Assembly: GCF_013004595.1 (NCBI RefSeq) | Contig: NZ_JABEMC010000001.1 | Span: forward strand, 558,001-622,000 | Reading direction: 5' to 3' | Source of the DNA: Brevibacterium luteolum | Lineage (GTDB): Bacteria; Actinomycetota; Actinomycetes; Actinomycetales; Brevibacteriaceae | Length of the DNA: 64,000 nucleotides | Part shown: positions 58,600 to 64,000 of the stretch, in pieces | Layout of the letters: the number at the start of each line of letters is the position of its first letter | How positions within the stretch are numbered: the stretch's first letter is position 1 | The notes under the pieces: generated by a model | The model's database searches: none | Told to the model about the DNA's origin: nothing | The model's input: only the letters and a program-made list of their open reading frames with translations | Program-made: the position numbers and the translations under genes

Positions 58600-60219
58600 G
58601 TGTTCAATTCACTCTCCGATCGTCTGACATCGACCTTCAAGAACCTGCGCGGCAAGGGCCGCCTGTCCGAAGCAGATGTCGATGCCACGATCCGGGAAAT
58701 CCGGCGCGCGCTGCTTGACGCCGACGTCGCGCTGCCGGTCGTGCGCACCTTCACCGGCAATGTGCGCGAACGCGCGCTGTCATCCGAGGTCTCAGCAGCA
58801 CTGAACCCCGGCCAGCAGGTCGTCAAGATCGTCAACGACGAACTCGTCTCCATCCTCGGCGGACAGACTCGCCGCCTGCAGTTCGCCAAGCGCCCGCCGA
58901 CGGTCATCATGCTCGCTGGCCTTCAGGGTGCCGGTAAGACCACCCTGGCCGGCAAGCTCGCCCACTGGCTCAAGTCCGAAGGCCACCGGCCGATGCTCGT
59001 CGCCGCCGACCTGCAGCGGCCCAACGCCGTCAACCAGCTGCAGATCGTCGGTGAGCGCGCCGGCGCCTACACCTACGCTCCCGAACCCGGCAACGGCGTC
59101 GGCGACCCGGTCAAGGTCGCCACCGACGCTATCGGCGTGGCCAAGTCGAAGCTGCACGACGTCGTCATCGTCGACACCGCCGGCCGGCTGGGCATCGACG
59201 AAGTCCTTATGCAGCAGGCCGCTGACATTCGCGCAGCCGTCAACCCCGATGAGGTCCTCTTCGTCATCGACGCGATGATCGGCCAGGACGCCGTGCAGAC
59301 CGCCGAGGCGTTCCTCGAAGGCGTCGACTTCACCGGTGTCGTGCTCTCCAAGCTCGACGGCGACTCCCGCGGTGGTGCCGCACTCTCGGTCGCCCAGGTG
59401 ACCGGCAAGCCCATCATGTTCGCCTCCACCGGCGAGGGCATGAAGGACTTCGAGCAGTTCCACCCTGACCGGATGGCCGACCGCATCCTCGACATGGGTG
59501 ACATCCTCACCCTCATCGAGCAGGCCGAGAAGACCTTCGACCAGGAGCAGACGCAGAAGCTGGCGAAGAAGGTCCAGGCCGGCGAGGACTTCGACCTCAA
59601 CGACTTCCTCACCCAGATGGCTGCGGTGAAGAAGATGGGCTCGCTGAAGAAGATGATCGGCATGATGCCGGGCATGAGCCAGTACAAGGAGCAGCTCGAG
59701 GCCTTCGATGAACGCGAGGTCGACCGGGTCGAGGCGATCGTGAAGTCGATGACCCCGCAGGAGCGCACCAACCCCAAGATCCTCAACGGCTCCCGCCGCG
59801 CCCGCATCGCCAAGGGCTCGGGCACCACCGTCACCCAGGTCAACCAGCTCATGGAGCGCTTCGCCGCAGCCCAGAAGATGATGCGCCAGATGGGCAAGGG
59901 CGGCGGCATGCCCGGCATGGGCGGCCAGCCCGGCGGCGCCCCAGGCATGGGAGGCATGCCCGGAATGGGAGGCCTGCCCGGTGCTCCCGGCGGACGTGGT
60001 CCCAGCCGCAAGAAGAAAGGCAAGAAGGGCAAGGCTGCCGGCAAGTCCGGCAACCCGGCCAAGCGCGCTGAGCAGGAGAAGCTCGCACAGCTCAAACGCG
60101 AGGGCAAGGAGCCGACCCCGACCGGCTCGGCCTTCGGCAACCTCGGCCTGGACAAGGACGAGGACATCGATCTCTCGAAGCTGCCCAAGGGTTTCGGCGG
60201 GATCTTCGGCAAGGACTGA
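58600..60219 (+). CDS. ffh: Signal recognition particle protein
   Basis: GLQGAGKTT, DTAGRL, DAMIGQDA, KLDGD.RGG, PDRMA.RIL.MGD, SMTP.ER, SRR.RIA.GSG. Confidence 0.98.
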   Translation: MFNSLSDRLTSTFKNLRGKGRLSEADVDATIREIRRALLDADVALPVVRTFTGNVRERALSSEVSAALNPGQQVVKIVNDELVSILGGQTRRLQFAKRPPTVIMLAGLQGAGKTTLAGKLAHWLKSEGHRPMLVAADLQRPNAVNQLQIVGERAGAYTYAPEPGNGVGDPVKVATDAIGVAKSKLHDVVIVDTAGRLGIDEVLMQQAADIRAAVNPDEVLFVIDAMIGQDAVQTAEAFLEGVDFTGVVLSKLDGDSRGGAALSVAQVTGKPIMFASTGEGMKDFEQFHPDRMADRILDMGDILTLIEQAEKTFDQEQTQKLAKKVQAGEDFDLNDFLTQMAAVKKMGSLKKMIGMMPGMSQYKEQLEAFDEREVDRVEAIVKSMTPQERTNPKILNGSRRARIAKGSGTTVTQVNQLMERFAAAQKMMRQMGKGGGMPGMGGQPGGAPGMGGMPGMGGLPGAPGGRGPSRKKKGKKGKAAGKSGNPAKRAEQEKLAQLKREGKEPTPTGSAFGNLGLDKDEDIDLSKLPKGFGGIFGKD

Positions 60220-60414
60220 CACACCCGCCGGCCTGCCGGTTGACTCCGGTTGGCGCGGCGTGCGCATTTCTGGCAGAATATTCGCTTGTACTCGACTGTG
60301 CTCGGACCCTCTCAACCGCAGCGCAGTCCGGTCCACGCGCGCGTCAGCTGAGTCCATCCCCACGGATGCGGTGACGCTTGCAGCACCTAACATGCAAAAG
60401 GAGACACCACTACA

Positions 60415-60882
60415 GTGGCAGTCAAGATTCGACTCACCCGCATGGGCAAGATCCGTGCACCCTTCTACCGTGTTGTCGTTGCCGACTCCCGCACCCGCCG
60501 TGACGGCCGTGCGATCGAGGAGATCGGCATCTACCACCCGACCCGTGAGCCCTCGGTCGTCGAGATCGACTCCGAGCGCGCACAGTACTGGCTGTCCGTC
60601 GGCGCCCAGCCGACCGACCAGGTCAAGGCACTGCTGAAGCTCACCGGCGACTGGGCGAAGTTCACCGGCGAAGGCAGCACCGAGAGCTCGGTCAAGCCGC
60701 AGCAGGAGAAGGAGGGCTTCACCGCCCCCGCCGCCGACTCGGTCGTCAAGGAGACCAAGAAGGACGACGAGGCCGAGCAGGCCGAGGAGAATCCCGCCGA
60801 GGCATCTGCCGAGGACAAGGCTGACGAGACCGCTGAGGCCCCGGCTGAGGAATCGGCCGAGGCTGGAAGCGAAGAGAGCTGA
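60415..60882 (+). CDS. rpsP: 30S ribosomal protein S16 with acidic C-terminal extension
   Basis: MAVKIRL.RMG...P.YR.VVADSR..RDG, YWL..GAQP. Confidence 0.98.
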   Translation: MAVKIRLTRMGKIRAPFYRVVVADSRTRRDGRAIEEIGIYHPTREPSVVEIDSERAQYWLSVGAQPTDQVKALLKLTGDWAKFTGEGSTESSVKPQQEKEGFTAPAADSVVKETKKDDEAEQAEENPAEASAEDKADETAEAPAEESAEAGSEES

Positions 60883-60884
60883 TC

Positions 60885-61115
60885 ATGCTCTCCCAGGCTC
60901 TCGACCACCTCGTGCGCGGCATCGTCGACAACCCCGATGATGTCTCGGTGCGTTCGCGCGGATCACAGCGCGGCACCACGCTCGAAGTCCGCGTCCACCC
61001 CGACGATCTCGGCCGCGTCATCGGCCGCTCAGGTCGCACCGCCAAGGCGCTGCGCACCGTCATGAGCGCCCTGGCCGGCCGCGAACAGGTGCGCGTCGAC
61101 CTCATCGAGGCCTAA
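60885..61115 (+). CDS. khpA: KH-domain RNA-binding protein KhpA
   Basis: HLV.GIVD.PDDV, EVRVHP.DLGRVIGR.GRTA.ALR. Confidence 0.93.
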   Translation: MLSQALDHLVRGIVDNPDDVSVRSRGSQRGTTLEVRVHPDDLGRVIGRSGRTAKALRTVMSALAGREQVRVDLIEA

Positions 61116-61134
61116 GCGCAGCCGCAGACAGCTG

Positions 61135-61177
61135 AGAAGCCCCGGCACCACCCCAAGTGGGAGGTGCTGGGGTTTCT
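61135..61177 (+). terminator. Intrinsic terminator after khpA
   Basis: AGAAGCCCCGGCACC ... GGTGCTGGGGTTTCT. Confidence 0.75.
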
Positions 61178-61354
61178 GCGTCCGCTCCCGAGGCGGTGGC
61201 TGGGACCCGCAGGCAGGCCTGGCTGACGGCGGTGCTACAGTGCTGGTCAGCGCCGCGCACACGCGGCCGATGAGACAGCCGTGAACGAGCACGACTGACA
61301 CCTGAACCAGGTGCGGTGCGTGCTCGTTCTCATTCACAAAGGACAACCCCGACG

Positions 61355-62641
61355 ATGAGACAGCACGACACCGCCGGCACTGCTGCCGTATCCACTGCCG
61401 AACCCGCGACCACCACCGCCGCGACCACCACCTCGGGTGCGGAGGGCAGCCTCAAGCGGGTCTCGATCACGTTCTGGCAGGGCGTGGCGATGATCTTCGG
61501 CACGAACATCGGCGCCGGCATCCTCAGCCTGCCCTACGGCATGCGCGAAGGCGGATTCACCGCCCTCGTCATCGCCCTTGTCCTCTCTGGATTCCTCACC
61601 ACCTGCTCGATGCTCTACGTCGCCGAGGTCGCCTTGCGCACCCGCAAGCCCATGCAGCTGGCCGGCCTCGCCCGCCGCTACATCGGCCAGGCCGGATCCT
61701 GGCTCGTCTTCGCAGGCGTGCTCGTCAACGGCTACGGAGCGATGATCGCCTACTCGACCGGCTCCGGGGAGATCCTGTCGAACCTGCTCGGCATCTCACC
61801 GACGCTTGGCAGCCTCATCTTCCTCATCCCCGGCATCACCGTCATCTGGTTCGGCCTGCACGCCACTGGCCGGTCCGAGCAGCTCATCACCACCACGATG
61901 CTCATCATCTGCCTGAGCCTCGTCGCCTGGACGCTGTTCGGCCCTGGCATCGACATCGCCAACCTGACGTACTTCAAGCCCTACTTCATCATCCCGATCG
62001 TCAACCTCACCGTCTTCGCCTTCCTCGCCCAGTACATCGTGCCCGAACTCGCCCGCGGCCTGGCCGAGCACAACCCGCGCATGCTCCCGCGCGCCATCGT
62101 CACCGGCATGGTCGCCACCGGCACGCTGCTCGCCCTCATCCCGCTCTCAGCGCTCGGGCTCATGGGCCACGACGGACTCACCCCGGTCGTCACCCTCGGC
62201 TGGGGCCAGCAGCTCGGACCTGTTGCCTACTACCTGGCCAACATCTTCGCCGCGCTGGCGATGCTCACCTCGTTCTGGGCGCTCGGCCTGACCCTGCACA
62301 CGAACATTCTCGACCGTTTCAACCTGCAGGAGAGCAACTACCGGCACCGCGCGATCTCGATCGCGGCAGCCTGCCTCGTCCCATTTGCCATCGGTCTCAT
62401 CGGGCTGGCCGGATTCGTCTCCGCCCTCGGCTACGCCGGTGCCTTCGCCGGTGCGGTCATGGCGGTCGTTCCAGTCCTCATGCTCACCCGCGCCCGGCGC
62501 ACCGGTGACGTCGAACCGGCCTGGCAGGCCGGCTGGGTCGCTCACCCGGTCATCCGCATCGCCATGATCACCGTGTTCACCGGCGCGTTCATCTACTCGC
62601 TGCTGACGATCATCGGCCTCGTGCCCAACGGCTGGACGTGA
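61355..62641 (+). CDS. Aromatic amino acid permease family (HAAAP, TyrP/Mtr-like)
   Basis: IFGTNIGAGILSLP, LYVAEV, A.LTSF; about 11 TM segments. RBS AAAGGA. Confidence 0.85.
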   Translation: MRQHDTAGTAAVSTAEPATTTAATTTSGAEGSLKRVSITFWQGVAMIFGTNIGAGILSLPYGMREGGFTALVIALVLSGFLTTCSMLYVAEVALRTRKPMQLAGLARRYIGQAGSWLVFAGVLVNGYGAMIAYSTGSGEILSNLLGISPTLGSLIFLIPGITVIWFGLHATGRSEQLITTTMLIICLSLVAWTLFGPGIDIANLTYFKPYFIIPIVNLTVFAFLAQYIVPELARGLAEHNPRMLPRAIVTGMVATGTLLALIPLSALGLMGHDGLTPVVTLGWGQQLGPVAYYLANIFAALAMLTSFWALGLTLHTNILDRFNLQESNYRHRAISIAAACLVPFAIGLIGLAGFVSALGYAGAFAGAVMAVVPVLMLTRARRTGDVEPAWQAGWVAHPVIRIAMITVFTGAFIYSLLTIIGLVPNGWT

Positions 62642-62664
62642 GTGCCTGCGATACCGTTGGAGTC

Positions 62665-63198
62665 ATGAGCACAGTAGTCGCCCGCCTGGGCAAACCGCAC
62701 GGCATCCGCGGTGAGATGACCGTCGAAGTCCGCACCGACGATCCCGATGAGCGCTTCGTTCCCGAGGCGGTGTTCGGCACCGAACCCGACATCGGCCCGC
62801 TGACGCTCACCCGCGCCCGCTGGCACCGCGACCGGCTGCTGCTGAGCTTCGCTGAGGTCCCGGACCGCAACCGGGCCGAGGAGATCCGCAACACCCTCAT
62901 CACCGTCGATGCCGAGGACACGGAGGACGACGATGAGGATGCCTGGTACATCGACGACCTCATCGGTGCCGATGCCCTCATCGGCGAGCACCTCGTCGGG
63001 AAGGTCTCCGGGGTCAGCCCCGGTGCAGCCCAGGACCTGCTGCACATCACACCCTCGGCCGAACAGGTCGAGCGCACAGGCTCCGATGAGGAGATCCTCG
63101 TGCCCTTCGTCGCTGAGATCGTCCCCGAGGTCGACATCGACGCCGGACGTATCGTGCTCACCCCGCCGGCTGGCCTCATTCCGGGATTCGACGACTGA
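62665..63198 (+). CDS. rimM: Ribosome maturation factor RimM
   Basis: [39 protein letters not shown]. Confidence 0.95.
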   Translation: MSTVVARLGKPHGIRGEMTVEVRTDDPDERFVPEAVFGTEPDIGPLTLTRARWHRDRLLLSFAEVPDRNRAEEIRNTLITVDAEDTEDDDEDAWYIDDLIGADALIGEHLVGKVSGVSPGAAQDLLHITPSAEQVERTGSDEEILVPFVAEIVPEVDIDAGRIVLTPPAGLIPGFDD

Positions 63199-64000
63199 TG
63201 CGCATCGACGTCATCTCGATCTTCCCCGACTACCTCGCCCCGCTGCAGCTCTCACTGACCGGCAAAGCGATGGCCGCTGGCCTCCTCGACGTCGGCATCC
63301 ACGACCTGCGCGACTGGACCACCGACCGGCACCGCACCGTCGACGACACCCCCTACGGCGGGGGCGCGGGCATGGTGATGAAGCCCGAACCGTGGGCCCA
63401 GGCACTCACCGACGTCGCTGGGCTGGCTCCTGCGAGCCAGGTGCCGGCCGTCGCCCAGGCAACCGCCGCCTCGGGCCCGGTCACCGCCGCCGAGGCGGGG
63501 GAGCGGCCGGTGCTCATCGTCCCCTCACCGGCCGGGGCCCCCTTCACCCAGGCCGACGCCCGCCGGCTGGCCGGCCGATCGCATCTCGTGTTCGCCTGCG
63601 GGCGCTATGAGGGCATCGACCAGCGGGTCATCGACTGGGCAGGTGAGGACTTCGACGTCGAACTCGTCTCGATTGGCGACTACGTGCTCAACGGCGGTGA
63701 GGTCGCAGCACTCGTCATCATCGAAGCCGTCGCCCGGCTCATCCCCGGCTTCATGGGCAACCCGGACTCCCTCATCGAGGAGAGCTACGAGGACGGGCTG
63801 CTCGAATACCCCGTCTACACCAAGCCCGCCGATTGGCGCGGAAACCAGGTGCCAGATGTGCTGCTCTCAGGCAACCACGCCGCGATCGCACGGTGGCGGC
63901 GCGACCAGCGGCTCATCCGCACCCAGCGCACCCGCCCCGACCTGCTTGCCGGCCTGCCCGACGAAGCCCTCGATGCTCGTGACTGGCAGGTGCTCACCGA
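63198..64000 (+). CDS. trmD: tRNA (guanine37-N1) methyltransferase; runs off the window end
   Basis: [65 protein letters not shown]. Confidence 0.97.
   Translation, partial: MRIDVISIFPDYLAPLQLSLTGKAMAAGLLDVGIHDLRDWTTDRHRTVDDTPYGGGAGMVMKPEPWAQALTDVAGLAPASQVPAVAQATAASGPVTAAEAGERPVLIVPSPAGAPFTQADARRLAGRSHLVFACGRYEGIDQRVIDWAGEDFDVELVSIGDYVLNGGEVAALVIIEAVARLIPGFMGNPDSLIEESYEDGLLEYPVYTKPADWRGNQVPDVLLSGNHAAIARWRRDQRLIRTQRTRPDLLAGLPDEALDARDWQVLT

Noticed and set aside
59895..60000. GGMPGM repeats in ffh
   Set aside because: Ordinary low-complexity tail of actinobacterial Ffh.

Overview
High-GC actinobacterial chromosome segment. The gene order (leuCD-murA-plsC-gpsA-ddl, adjacent ftsY-ffh, Cys-free L32) suggests a Micrococcales member, possibly Brevibacterium-like; this taxonomy is an inference. 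Bases 1-20962 hold an accessory N-heterocycle catabolic cluster: an ATP-dependent hydantoinase/oxoprolinase A+B pair, carbamate kinase, Mo-cofactor maturation genes (MocA, CoxD-like AAA, CoxE-like VWA, XdhC), a single-chain FdrA-DUF1116 fusion plus a DUF2877 protein (homologues of the AllFGH/YahFGE transcarbamylase), a PucR regulator, a UraA/RutG-type permease and a CoxMSL-type Mo hydroxylase with CoxG. My best reading is an oxidative pyrimidine-degradation route that conserves the ureido group as carbamoyl phosphate and ATP (hypothesis). The rest is mostly core genome: gltX, tRNA-Gln/Glu, iclR-leuCD, murA, gpsA, ddl, thiL, recG, rsmD, coaD, rpmF, rnc, mutM, smc, ftsY, ffh, rpsP, khpA, rimM, trmD. 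Small insertions interrupt it: a decayed island with a duplicated pip 3' end, a GntP fragment and an orphan lower-GC gene; an RDD remnant; the ehuBCDA ectoine transporter; a yefM-yoeB module beside a duplicated smc start; and an amino-acid permease inside the rpsP operon. No CRISPR array, rRNA, transposase or integrase was seen.
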